Made by a program: the position numbers and the translations under genes
Notes under the pieces: model-generated
Told to the model about the DNA's origin: nothing
Seen by the model: only the letters and a program-made list of their open reading frames with translations
Database searches by the model: none
Origin: Mobula hypostoma
Taxonomy: Eukaryota
NCBI RefSeq assembly: GCF_963921235.1
Contig: NC_086097.1
Span: forward strand, 174,284,001 to 174,348,000
Direction: 5' to 3'
Length of the DNA: 64,000 nucleotides
Shown: piece after piece, positions 1 through 12,270 of the stretch
Layout: every line of letters starts with the position of its first letter
How positions within the stretch are numbered: the first letter of the stretch is position 1

Positions 1-208
1 GGTGGTGATAGCAAATGAGGAAGGGGAGAGGGTAAGAATGATGTCAGAAGCTGGGAGGTGATCGGTTGAAGTGACAAAGAGGTGAAGGTGAATCTGTTTT
101 ATGATGAATTTGATCTGTATGGCGATAATTGTATATGGTATTTAGGAGTGTATGCAAAAGGTGCATATCTTAATCCATACTGCATTGACTTCTTTAATTT
201 TTTTTTAG

Positions 209-289
209 CAAGTTGAAGAAACTGAGTGAAGACAGCCTCACAAAACAGCCTGAAGAAGTTTTTGATGTACTGGAAAAGCTTGGTGAAGG
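209..289 (+). CDS. STK3: STK3/MST2 coding exon (equivalent to human exon 2), 81 bp
   Basis: Acceptor tttttttag|C and donor GG|gtgagt. Translates (S)KLKKLSEDSLTKQPEEVFDVLEKLGE(G), matching the MST2 N-terminus and the start of the Gly-rich loop. Confidence 0.96.
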
Positions 290-347
290 GTGAGTGGCAT
301 AATGTTTCAGATTTTGTTCAGAGAAATGGTATTCTCTGGATCCTTTC

Positions 348-444
348 CTGCTGTTACAGAAAACTGGAGTTGTTATTCTGCTGTTACAGAAAACTGGAGT
401 TGTTATTCTGCTGTTACAGAAAACTGGAGTTGTTATTCTGCTGT
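348..444. repeat. 30-bp minisatellite, 3 perfect copies plus a partial copy
   Basis: CTGCTGTTACAGAAAACTGGAGTTGTTATT at 348, 378 and 408, then CTGCTGT at 438. Confidence 0.97.
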
Positions 445-1537
445 AAACTAACATGGCTTGAATAGTCCGGGTTCACACTGTAATGACTTATGTGCCGAGG
501 TTTCTGATGCAAATTTTAACCATCATTTTCTTTGCCTCCCCTGCAATATGCAAACCAATTTACCAGTGTTTTATTCTTCTTCTCTGAAAAGCTGTAGAAT
601 GGTGTTTTTATCACTTATTTAATTGATCAAAATTATTGCTAAATTATTATATTTTTATGTCATTACAGTATATATTGCTTTTTATAGTCAATCATGTTAA
701 TCATTTAAACGTTGTTCTTCATTACTAATAGTCCTTAATAAGTGAGTGATTTTGTTAGTCAACTTAGTTACCTGAGATATGATTGTTTTTGGAAAATTGG
801 ATTTGAAGCTTAAGTAGTTTTGGAAGTAATTGAATAGAAGTCTTTGTAGTTACCTTGCAGAAACATTATAAAAATTGCAGTTGTTTTAAATTGGACAAAG
901 GTCAGAAACTTTCCACTTTGCATCTGTGATTTATTCCCAAGCTAGGTTTATCCTATCAGCTGTGCAGTTTTGGGGAGCTGGTGAACAAAAATAAATGGAG
1001 AGAATAAAAGCATTGAGATTAATATAGGATTGGTAAAAATTAGCAGTTGGTGATTGGCGTGGACTTGGTGGGCTGAAGGTGTTCTTTAACCTTTAATATA
1101 CCAACCTATGAAACTGCTTAAAATCTGTCTGTTAGTCCCCCACAGCAGCTCTCTTCCTTTTTGTCTTGATGTGTGATTTTTAATGATCCTTTGGCCCATT
1201 TTCATTCAGGATGCAAGAGAAATGCAGATTAGCTGAGTAATTCAAATGAATTTCCTTGTTTTAATTTTCATTGCAACAGTTTAATAAAGGTGACTGTGCT
1301 AAAGGAAATTGGTATTTGCCTTAATTGTCTGTTATTTCAACAAATGGTAAATTGTTCATGATTGGCATGGGCTGATTGAAATATTTGGCAATATTTTGAA
1401 TTTAGTTGTATTTACTTCAGCCGTTACATGACTAAACAGATTAATGTACATAAATGCAAATATATAAGTCCTATATTAACTATTAATTTATTTAGTATAT
1501 ATTTAAAAAAAAATCCTTTTCCATTTCTTTGTTCCAG

Positions 1538-1666
1538 ATCTTATGGTAGTGTTTTTAAAGCAATCCATAAAGAATCAGGACAAGTTGTTGCCATAAAGCA
1601 AGTGCCAGTGGAATCTGACCTACAGGAAATTATTAAGGAAATTTCAATAATGCAACAATGTGACAG
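1538..1666 (+). CDS. STK3: STK3/MST2 coding exon (equivalent to exon 3), 129 bp
   Basis: Acceptor gttccag|A and donor AG|gtatga. Encodes SYGSVFKAIHKESGQVVAIKQVPVESDLQEIIKEISIMQQCD, with the VAIK catalytic Lys and the alphaC Glu. VFK and ESGQVV favour MST2 over MST1. Phase is compatible with the neighbouring exons. Confidence 0.97.
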
Positions 1667-2659
1667 GTATGAGTAGTGGAATGTGGCAATTCCACTTAGC
1701 AACATAGTGTATTTTACAGATGTTCAACCCTAAGTGTTATGATTTAGTCAAAACGTAAAACCAGAATATTACAGAGATCAACATTTTTCACTATTTTTGA
1801 ATCAAGACTTTTAGAGTTGCTGTGATACGGGTTTGTAACATCTGTCCTTTTCTTTTTCCTTTTATTTGTTCATTCTTTTTCATAGTTCCCATTGAACATG
1901 CTTTGAGCAATCATATTTTGATGAATTATTTGTGTTTAAATAAACTATTTTGGTACTGCAATTTAGAATTTGCCATCATTATTCTGTCCGGTTGCTACTG
2001 GTCCAAGACCAGCAACTGCAGAATCTTTTAGTAAGAGGCAGAACCTTGTTTATACTGTTTGGCATCAAAGTGAATTCTTACAGCTCTCCACATGCTTCCA
2101 TGTGTATACTGAGCTCCACCCATTGTTAAGTTTTATATGGTTTGAGAGTGTTGAAATATTTCAGTCGATTTTGTGCAAATTTCAGAAGTATTTGGAATGA
2201 TTAGTATTGAATGTGTTTCCTGTGCTTTAATATTCAGCTTACATACAACAGATTTGCTTGTGGGTAGGGGTGGGCTTTTACTGCTGCCTCAAAGTATGTC
2301 GTGAATCTGGCAGTGTACATTTAGAAGTTTAACTTAAACCAGGGAGCCGACTTGTATCTCCAAAAGGTACTATAATTACAACGAGCTCAATTTCCTGAAA
2401 CAGGAAAAAGTATCAGGAATGAGTTGCCACACACCATTTAGATGGTACAGTGGGCACTGATAGAATCATTAAAGTGATAGGGATTGGATTCTCATATGTT
2501 TATAGGATCTGCTCAACTGCATTGGTTGATTCTGTTCAAATTAAGAGTCATTCATGAAAGTAGTATATTTGAGATACTCATAAAAATAATGATTTTTGAT
2601 GAATATTTTAAAGTTATTTACATAGATTTTTAAGTTGTTATCAGAATAGGTAAGAAAAA

Positions 2660-3110
2660 AGTTTGCATGGTGTATCTGGACTTATGAAGGCCTGTCAAAA
2701 GGTGCCCCATGAAATTATATATACAATTGGGTCACACATTATTGGTGAAATATTCTAGCATGCATTGAAGATTGGTTAACAGACAGAAAATGATTAGTGG
2801 AGTGCTGCAGACTGTGCTGCTTGGATGCCAGTTTTTCATAACCTATCTCAATAACTTGGAAGAGAAGATCCATGTTTGCTAATGAGCAAGGTTGTGAAGT
2901 AGTGTGGCCCGTGAAGAGGATGCAGGGAAGCTTGAGGAAGATACGGGCAGATTAAGTGAATGAGGAAAGACAAGGCAATGGAGATGTGCTGTAGGAATAT
3001 ACGAGGCCATCTATTTGGAAGGGAAGATTAATTTTTAATTATGGGAGATTGAAAGGTATTGCTGTTCAGAGGAATCTCAATGTCTTTGCAAACAAATCAA
3101 TGAAAATTGA
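2660..3110 (+). mobile_element. Highly degenerate CR1 LINE RT fragment
   Basis: gtgtatctggactt...aaggtgccccat resembles VYLDF.KAFDKVPH; downstream remnants resemble the CR1 copies at 47.7 kb and 62.9 kb. Confidence 0.7.
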
Positions 3111-3279
3111 TAATTAAAAGCCAAAAAGATTCAGATGTTGGAATTCTAAATCTAAAAAAGAAAATGATGGAATCATTCACCAGGTTAGGAAACATCCAGT
3201 GAAAGATTTTAAAAAAAGTTAACATTTCAGTTCAAAGAAGCCTTATTTTTTTTCTACTAAATTAGACAGCTTCATATTG

Positions 3280-3480
3280 TAAACACAAGTTTCTGCAGAG
3301 GCTGGAAATCCAGAGCAGTACACTCAAAATGCTGGAGGAACTCAGCAGGTCAGGCAGCATTTATGATGAAGAAGAAGAAGAAGAATAAACAGTAAACATT
3401 GAAACCCTTCACCGGGACTGGAAAGGAAGGGGGAAAAAGCCAGAATAAGAAGGTGGTGGGGGAGGGGAAGGAGTGCAGGT
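3280..3480 (-). mobile_element. Penelope-like element terminal fragment
   Basis: aaaatgctggaggaactcagcaggtcaggcagcat is shared with the terminus of the GIY-YIG-bearing element at 20590-21395. Confidence 0.7.
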
Positions 3481-3489
3481 TTTGTGTGC

Positions 3490-4419
3490 TGCAGTCCCGA
3501 GGAGTCATCAGATGGCATAGAGGGAGCGAGAGTTTAAAAGAAGCAATTAGGGGCAGTTGGCACACTTTGTATGCCACAGTTCCCAAGGTGTCATTGGATT
3601 GCTCATATTGAGGTGCTTGGGAAGGACCCATAAAAAGATAGGTTTAAGTGCTGCAGCCATTGTGTAAGTGGGCCAGTGTTGGAGAGGGCAGTTTGGGCTA
3701 TGGCTCATGAAGGCTTCTGCAAGGAGAGATGTAGGCTGTAGGTCGATCCTCCGCCGCCCCCCACCCCCCACCCCCCAAACAATTATTTATTTATTTGATT
3801 ATTTATTCTTTCTTATTGCACATTTAGAGCAGGGTTGCCATTCAGGATACTGGAATGCTGTACTTGCAGTTTGTGGGAAGACAGGGACTTGCACGCCTGG
3901 TGACTACACCTGCAAGAACTGTATCCAGCTGCAGCTTCTAATAGACTGTGTTAAGGAGCTGGAGCTGGAGCTGGAGCTGGATGAACTCCAGATCACTCAT
4001 GAGGTTTACCAGTTGATAGACATACAGGAAGGTAGTTACATCAAAGTGCAGGACACGAGTAACTGGGTGACCGTCAGGTGCGGGAAAAGAGATGGGAAGC
4101 TAGTGCAGAGTACCCCTGTGGCGTTCTCTTCATCAATGGGTATACCATTTTGGATACTGTTCAGGGAAGACCTAGCAGAGGAAAGCCCCGGTGACTAGGT
4201 CCCTGGCATTGAGTCGTGCTCTGTGGCTCAGAAGGGAGGGGGGAGAAGAGCAAGCTGTAGTGAAAGGGGATTCATTGGTTAGGAGAACAGAAAGGTCCTG
4301 TGAATGAGAGCAAGATTCCCAGATGGTTTGTTGCCTCTCAGGGACATCTCGGTGAGCAGTCGGAGGTCGCGGTCCTGCAAAGTGAGTTCACCAAGTTTGG
4401 TGCTAAGTTAAAGGACAGG
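3490..4419 (+). mobile_element. CR1 LINE 5' region / ORF1 remnant
   Basis: DYTCKNCIQLQLL zinc finger plus coiled coil (ELELELDEL), and a GDS-type esterase motif remnant (ggggattcattggttagg). Confidence 0.75.
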
Positions 4420-6668
4420 CTACCTTTATGGTCGCCGGTGACTTTAATTGAGCGTTGCTGACGGAAGTCTCTCTGAAGTTTTGTTAGCACATCCAGATGA
4501 GCACTCATGGAGATACCGCACTTGACCACTGCTACACTCCCTTCCGCAAAAGCTCTCCTTCACCCAGCTTTTGGAAAATCAGATCACTCTTTGATCCTGC
4601 TTTTGCCGACGTACAGGCAGAAGCTGAAACAAGAGGCGGCCATAGTTAAAACCATCCACTGTTGGTCCAACCAGTCAGCCTCCATGCTGCAGGACTGCTT
4701 TGATGACGTCGACTGGAATTTCTTCCATGATGAGGATGTCTCTGAGTTCACTGATGGAGTCACGTGCTTCATCCGGAAGTGCATCGACGATGTTGTACCC
4801 CAGAAGTTGGTCAGGGTCTTCCCGAACCAGAAACCCTGGATCAGTAGTTCTGTGTGAGCAGCACTTACCACATGACACAAATCTTACGCTGCCAGCAATC
4901 AGCAGAAGCTGAAGAAAAGCAGCTACGATCTGTGCAAAGCTATCAGGGCTGTGAAACAACAATACAGGGACAAGATTCACAATGAATAGCATGTGTGACT
5001 TGTGGCAAGGGTTGCACGCCATCGCAGACTTCAAAGCCGAACGTAGTGGTGCCGCCAACATCGCGGCCTCTCTCCCAGATGAGCTCAATTGCTTTTACGC
5101 TTGGTTTGATGTCGCTAACTCTTTTCCTCCGATGAAAGCTACCGGTACAATCTGCAACCTGGTCATCTCTGAGGCTGAGGTACACAGATGTTTACGAGTG
5201 GACAGTTGCAAGGCTGTAGGACTGGACGGCATCCCAGGGTGAGTACTCAGGATGTGCGCAGCCTGTGTGTTTACAGACATTTTTAATCTCTCCCTCTCCC
5301 AGTGTACAGTGCCCTCTTGCTTCGAATTATCCATCATTGTCTCTGTACCAAAAAAGACCAAGGTAACATGCCTAAATGATTGGTGTCCTGTCGCACTCAT
5401 CTCAATGATAAGCAAATGCTTTGAGGGGCTGGTCAAGGACTATATCTGAAGCTTGCTACCACCCTAACTGGACCCCCTACAATTCGCCTACCAACACAAT
5501 CGATCGACAGACAACGCAATAGCCACTGCTGTACATATCATCCTTACACATCTGGAGAAGAAGGATGCTTACGTGAGAATGCTGTTCTTGGACTACAGTT
5601 CAGCATTCAACCATAATTCCAGGCTCAACAGGAAGCTCAGAGACCTCAGCCTTGACCCTGCCTTGTGCATCTGGATCCTGGACTTCCTGTCAGATCGCTG
5701 GCAGGTGGTAAGAATGGGCTCCCTCATCTCCACCCCTCTGACTCTCAACACAGTAGCCCCTCAGGGCTGTGTACTAAGTCATCTCCTTTACTCCCTGTAT
5801 AGCCATGACTGTGTCGCCACCCACAACTCTAAACTGTTAATTAAAGTTGCTGATGATGCTACGTTGATTGGCCTAATCTCAAACAATAACAAGATGGCCT
5901 ACAGGGAAGAAGTCATCTCTCTGACACAGTGGTGTCAAGAAAACAACCTCCCCCCCAGTGTCGCAAAAACAAAGCAGCTGGTTGTGGATTACAGGAGGAA
6001 TGGAGACGGGCTAACCCCTATTGGCATCAATGGATCTGGGGTTGAGAGGGTAAACAACTTCAAGTTCCTCGGCATAAACTTCACCGTGGATCTCAAGTGG
6101 TCTGTACATACTGGCTGTGTGGTGAAAAAAGCACAACGGTGCCTCTTTCACCTCAGACGGTTGGAGAAGTTTGGTATGGGCCTCCAAATCCTAAGAACTT
6201 TCTACATGGGCACAATTGAGAGCATCCTGATTGGCTGCGTCACTGCCTGGTATGGGAACTGTACCTCCCTTAATCGCAAAATTCTGCAGAAAGTGGTGCG
6301 GACAGCCCAGCGTATCTGTAGTTGTGAACTTCCCATGAATCAGGACATTTACAAAGGCAGGTGTGAAAAAAGCACCCAAAGGGTCATTGGGGACCCGAGT
6401 CGCCCCAACCACAATCTATTCCAGCTGTTACCTTCTGGGAAACAATAGTGCCGCATAAAAGCCAGGACCAACAGGCTCCGGGACAGTTTCTTCCACCAGG
6501 CCATCAGACTGATGAACGTGCTGATCTGAGTGATCTATATTACATTGACTGTTCTATTTATTATAAATTACTATGATTGCACATTGTACATTTAGATGGA
6601 GACATAACAAAGATTTTTACTCTTCATGTATGTGAAGGATGTAAGAAATAAAGTCAAGTCAATTCAAT
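4420..6668 (+). mobile_element. Rex1/Babar LINE, 5'-truncated, EN-RT pseudo-ORF with stops and frameshifts
   Basis: Motifs [46 protein letters not shown] and KVADD; 3' end aataaagtcaagtcaattcaat. Confidence 0.9.
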
Positions 6669-7060
6669 GCAGGGCAAACTGGATAACTCATCTAGTGAGG
6701 CTTTTTAGGTAGAACTGAGGAATAAGTAAGTTATGACCAAGTTAATGAGATTATATTATAGATCTCCCACAGTGCGTGGGATTTAGAGGAGCAAATTTGT
6801 AGAGAGATGGCAGAACTTTTCAAGAAACATAAGGTAGGTGATTTTAACTTTCCACATATTGATTGGGACTTCCATACTGAATGGGAAAGAGCTTGTCACA
6901 TGTGTTCAGGAAAGTTTCCTTTATCAGTACATAGGAGACCCAACAAGAGAGAATATGATACCAGATCTCCTATTGGGGAATGAGACAGGACAGGTGGCAG
7001 AAGTTTTGTGTAGGGTAACACTTTGCATCTAATGATCATAATGCCATTAATTTCAAGGTA
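6669..7060 (+). mobile_element. CR1 ORF2 endonuclease remnant, probably the continuation of 3490-4419
   Basis: Remnants VELRNK, GDFNFP.IDW and CVQESFLYQYIGDPTRE..PDLLLGNE. Confidence 0.75.
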
Positions 7061-7470
7061 TAGTACTTAAATACCAGTATGTTTCTCAACATTTTCTACT
7101 ATTTATTGTGTATTCCCTTCATTTACATTTTCTTCCCAAAATCTTTTGTCATATTTATTCTGATTCCTTTATAATTGCCACTTCTCTGTCTGCATGACAA
7201 ATCTATTGATACCTTCCCGAGGTCTATAGTTTCTTCCTTCCAGGCCATTTTTGCAATTTCTGAAAGTCATTGGTTCTACATTTAAGTGTAATTTTTTGGC
7301 ATAAAGCACAGAAAAATCAAGGGACTTCCCAGTGAACCCTGTGAAAGCCCTCTGCAGCAATTTGGCAGTTCAAAATCTGGCACCTGCTAAAACAGACAGG
7401 GATTTGTTATCCTAATTTTAGCTTCAAGATCTAGTCAATTAAATATCTAATTGACTGTAAGTGACTGGTG

Positions 7471-8129
7471 GGAGGAGAAGATGGCGACGTGACGGCCACT
7501 CCAGTGAATGATATCTATTAAGTAGGGTGCCGTGCACAATCCTGATTTGATGGAGACAGACGTGAGAGCACGGAGGAACATCTGGTGAAACTTCTGAAAT
7601 GCCTGCTTCGCTGCCGCTGCTACTGTGCGATCCAGAATCTCCAGAGGGGAAGGCCCCGAATCCTCGGCTTTGCTTGTTGCTCGGTGGCCGGGGCAAGGTC
7701 AAAGCGCTCGGCAGTGGATGGTGCTCGGTGCTCGGTGTCGGAGGGCTGGTTGGAGGCTCAAAGTTTTCGGACGGACTCAGAGTCGGCTGCGGTCGGGTGC
7801 TTCCAATGCATCAGCAAGTTTGCGGCACTTGGAGGTTCATGGCAGGGAGAGTTTCTCCCTTCTACTGTCTGCTTGAGTTGATGGGGCTATCGGTACTTGA
7901 GATTTTGTTTTACCGTGTCCATGGTCTGCTCTTAATCAAATTATGGTATTGCTTTGCACGGTTGTAACTATATGTTATAATTATGTGGTTTTGTCAGTTT
8001 TAGCCTTAGTTTGTCCTGTGTTTCTGTGATATCTTTCTGGAGGAACATTGTATCATTTTTTAATGCATGCATTTCTAAATGACACTAAATGAGGACCGAG
8101 TGTCCTCATCATCTAATCTAATGATCTAA
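7471..8129 (+). mobile_element. CpG-rich non-coding retroposon-like insertion with an (ATCTA)n tail
   Basis: Starts GGAGGAGAAGATGGCG, is GC/CpG-rich against an AT-rich flank, has a T-rich 3' part and ends atctaatctaatgatctaa. No recognisable protein. Confidence 0.6.
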
Positions 8130-8544
8130 AACAATAGAATCAGTACGCACAAGTCACTGATTCGGCAGTGCATTTTTAGAAAGAATAAAATATTTTCTGA
8201 TATCACAAACTCTCTTCCTCCTGGTGCTTAGGTTGTCAGAACTATTTGCTTGAACTCTCCTACTAAGGTCCGCAGTAACAATGGAATGTCCTCCTGGGAA
8301 GTGCAAGGAGTGAGGGGTCTTTGGTTCATTGAGGATTCATGAGGGAATCGATGTTCACCTGTTTATGTTGACATAAGTGTGTTTACAGATACAGCTGATC
8401 AGCTGTTCTAACATGCATCTCAGTACAGCAGTAACATATCTGGTAAATTGCAGCCTTAAGCTTGCATGGAGCTCTTCTATCACTCAGTTTTGCTGCTACT
8501 TTTTAGTCAATTATCACATGAAAATTTCTGATATACTAACACAT

Positions 8545-9190
8545 TTTTTGATTTAACCTGGACCCACAGCACTTCCTTACTAGTCAAGCAGGCACAGCAG
8601 CGTCTACACTGTTTTGTGAGGAGGTTGAGAAGTGCAAAGCTCTCTGTCCCCATTCTAACAACCTCCTAAGGAGCACCATTGAGAGTATCCTGTCTGGCTG
8701 CATCATTGTGTGGTATGGAAGCTGCAAGGCATCAGACTGCAAGACCCTACAAAGGATAGTTAAAACCACTGAGATGATCGCTGGGGTCTCCCCCACCTCT
8801 ATTTATGACATTTACAGTTGCAGACAACGGGCCCAAACCATTATTGAGGATCCCCATCACCCATCCCATTATCTCTTTGACCCACTACCATCAAGAAGGA
8901 GGTACAAAAGCATCTGGACTGGGACTGCCAGACTGTGTAACAGTTTCTCTTGGACTGTGAGACTAATGAATATCCTGCTACCACCAAGTTTCGTCACTAG
9001 GTCAGTGTGCTGTTTACGATATATTCCACTGTTTACTTGTGCTGCATGCATTTTGAATTATATTTTATTCATTTACTTATGGTAATATTTTGGTTCATGC
9101 ACTGTGTTTTGTGGGTGTATCGTGGTCCTGAGGAAAATTGTTTTGTTTGGTTGTATATGTACAATCAGATGATAATAAACTTGAATTTGA
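8545..9190 (+). mobile_element. Rex1/Babar 3' fragment
   Basis: IESILSGCI.VWYGSC...LQRIVKT...IIEDPHHPSHYLFDPLPS; tail aataaacttgaatttga. Confidence 0.85.
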
Positions 9191-10657
9191 TCATCCATTT
9201 TTAGTCTCTGTTTCATATGTAATATGATACTTGCATTTTGGCTCAATGCTCCCAATTTCTTCAATCATGAATGTGTACCTTATGCTTGCTGAAAGAATTT
9301 TATAAATTAATTGATCTAAGCAAATGCTCACTATTAACTATTCAAATCCAACTGGTTCTGTTTCTTATTCTTTAAAGTATTATTAACATCAGTAAAGGAA
9401 CTTGAGCTTATGGATATTTGAAATGGGGAAGTTTAAAACCTTGATGAATGCCAAATTAAACTTTAAGAATTGTTATATATTGGATATTTTCTCAGGTACG
9501 GGAGTACATAAATTTACATTTGCATATAACTACAGAAGAGAAGTTAGTTGAAAAAGCTTCATTAACCTCTATATTTCTGTTTGTATAATTTCAGCTCTGC
9601 CTTTTCTAACATTATGCAACAGACCATGATAAGTTGGCATTTGTGTTCTGTTGAATTTGTTCCTGTCATCATTTAATCTTCTTTTCTGGAATGTAATACT
9701 TCGCACATTCAAATCCTTAGTAATATTATTCAGCCATCTGTCTTCACGGTTTACGTAAAGACATGGAATATAATCCACTTGATGCTGCTTTTGTGTAAGT
9801 TTGATTATGTATGTATTATGTCATGAAGTTTGGCCAATAGTTCCACTGGGATAATGTGGTAAAGGATTTTTAGGGGTTATTCTATTGTAAAGAAGCTGTT
9901 TGCATTGTGGTTAGTCCTCACATTAAAAAAAATGCCTATCGGTTCCTTTCATTAAAAAGGCAAGCTAATACCCTTTAGGGCAGAATTTTATTTTTTAAAA
10001 AGCTGGTTTTAATTCCCCAGTGGTAATAGGGCAGTAGCTAGTTTTTGTTAAATGTTTGCAGTAACATCAGATCTGTATTGTGTGAGTTATGGGAATTAAC
10101 AATTCTACTTAGTCAAGGCATGGGCCTATTTTGTCATGTTGTATGTGCCAATTGTCTTGCAGTATGTCTTCAAACTGTTAACTAATCTGTTCCTGGGTTT
10201 CCTAAATTGTTAAAAAACTGTATGTCTCTGGAGGAGCAAATCATGTGGAAGGATGGGAAGTTTTAAAATTAATACAAAGGAATTATAACATTACAGCATA
10301 AGTTTAAATATTAATAATGAAATAACCAAATTGATGAAATATTTTGAAATTAAATTAGGTTTTCACGTATCATTTGCTGGAAATTTAAGAATCACTTCAT
10401 AAAATCATTGGATTTCTTAGTGCAAAATAAATAACAATATGAAATGCTTTAGTAGTTTTCACGTAATGCAAGAAGATAGTGTGTTTGCCTGGTGGGTCTT
10501 TAGTATAATGAACAAAGTTGATGCACAGCTGGAAAATGGCTTGGAACAGTGCTGGCTGGTTTATCTTTCTTTTGTTTACTTTAGAGAAAATCAGACTCTT
10601 TTGAGGCTGATAATAGAAAAATTATGATTTTTAATGATTATTTTGTTTTATTTTCAG

Positions 10658-10772
10658 TGCATATGTAGTGAATTACTATGGCAGCTATTTTAAAAATACG
10701 GATCTCTGGATAGTTATGGAATATTGTGGGGCTGGTTCTGTGTCTGATATTATCCGACTACGAAACAAAACA
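10658..10772 (+). CDS. STK3: STK3/MST2 coding exon (equivalent to exon 4), 115 bp
   Basis: Acceptor ttttcag|T and donor ACA|gtaagt. Encodes (S)AYVVNYYGSYFKNTDLWIVMEYCGAGSVSDIIRLRNKT, with the MEYC hinge and RLRNKT motif. Not shown in the ORF track. Confidence 0.97.
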
Positions 10773-11974
10773 GTAAGTATGTTAAGTTTGTCAACATATG
10801 TTTAAAGTAATGTAACTGAATTTCTTCCCTCTTTGCTGAATACTGAAGTAAGTATAATGTAGGGTATTAATGAGATGATCAGTTATCGTAGAAAGTACAG
10901 AAAAATAGTATCTGGTGTGAGGTGAATTGTGCTGTTCAGACAGATCTGGTGCCTTCAAACAAAAAACATAAAGTGAATCTGGAGATGCGATAAGTAATTG
11001 GAGAAGCAAATTAAAAATTGTCGTCTTTATTGCAACAGAAATGTCCTCATAAAATGCCCTAGAAGCTATAGCAGATTGCCCTAGAAGATTGTAATGTGGG
11101 CCTTGACAGGTTAGATACTGGGAGAATGTTTCTGTTGATGGAAAATCTCAAACTAAGCAGGATAATTTCAGCATAAAAGAATTCCCTCGCTGGCAGCCAT
11201 CATTCTTCAGAATTCTTGAACTCAAGCAGCTATGGATGTTCAGCTTTTAAGCATACTGAAAACTGGGGTAGATTTTTGATTACAGGAACATTAAAGGCTG
11301 TGGGAAACAGATAGGAAAGTGGAATTGAGGCCAATGATCAGCCGTGAATGGTCACATGCTCTACTTTTGTTCCTATTTCTTAAGAAGAGTGACTTCCTTT
11401 AGAAATTTGAGGAAGTTTGCATGTCATTTGAAATATGGGATTATATTAAATTTCAAAGTTATTGAAATAAAGTGAGCTTTTTGTGATTCATTGTTGAAAG
11501 AATTTGCTCACATCAAACAAATGTGCTGGATGATGAGATTTTTATTGGTCAGAATTTGCAGGCATTATGTGATAAAGATGGTTCTGAAGAAAATTTCAGT
11601 TTCATTGAAAGCTAAGGAAATGCTCAAGATTACACCACCCTCTTCTGATGTAAATTTGCTACTACAGGTTAGTTAAAAATGTTAGAGGAAAGATGTTTGC
11701 TCATAAATCAGTTTATTTTCATTAGTATAGTTTTATAAAGATTTTTCAGTTGTTAGTATTTTTTTAAGTGAAATTATCATAAAGGATTTTTAGCCTCCAG
11801 TGTCTTTGCAGAAAAACATCATTTTATAAATTCTGCTGAAAGCGATATTGGGAATACTGACAGAGCGTCAACTAACAGTCTAAGGTAACTGAATTAATGT
11901 CATCCAGCATCCTTCAGTGCCTTGACTTCAGTTATGTATTTTAATCAGTGCCACCTGCAGTTCATTTGATAGTT

Positions 11975-12270
11975 CGAGTCAGAAGCCTGTGGATTCAAAT
12001 CCTACTCCAGAAAACACAAAAATCAAAAAGTAGTTGGGATGCTGTAAGGTCAGAATCCTCAATCTCTCTGAGGTTAATCTGCTTTCAGCTGGATATTAAT
12101 GGTGTTGGAGAGAGAAAGTTATTTCTATAATCTTGATCAATGCTTATTCTTCAATTAATTTCAGGAAAACTAATGATGTTATCAGTTTATTGTTGTTTTA
12201 GGGGATTTGCTGTGTGCAAATTGATCACATAGGATATAATTGAGCCTTTTCATAATGGCGTGTTTCCTTG
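11975..12270 (+). mobile_element. Old tRNA-derived SINE remnant (Deu-SINE/SacSINE-like)
   Basis: B-box-like head gtggattcaaatcctactccag and 3' ttgctgtgtgcaaattg resemble shark Deu-SINEs as I recall them; heavily diverged. Confidence 0.4.

Noticed and set aside
348..444. CRISPR-like array
   Set aside because: The 30-bp units are contiguous with no spacers, there are no cas genes, and the context is a vertebrate intron.
1428..1676. 82-aa ORF as a stand-alone gene
   Set aside because: It is intron sequence read in frame into the STK3 exon 1538-1666, which has canonical splice sites.
5573..6448. 291-aa ORF as a functional or domesticated reverse transcriptase
   Set aside because: It is part of a Rex1 copy with upstream stops and frameshifts, an altered FADD motif (VADD) and a premature stop.
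7439..7967. Several overlapping ORFs in a GC-rich block
   Set aside because: There are no recognisable domains or splice context; open frames are expected from GC richness.
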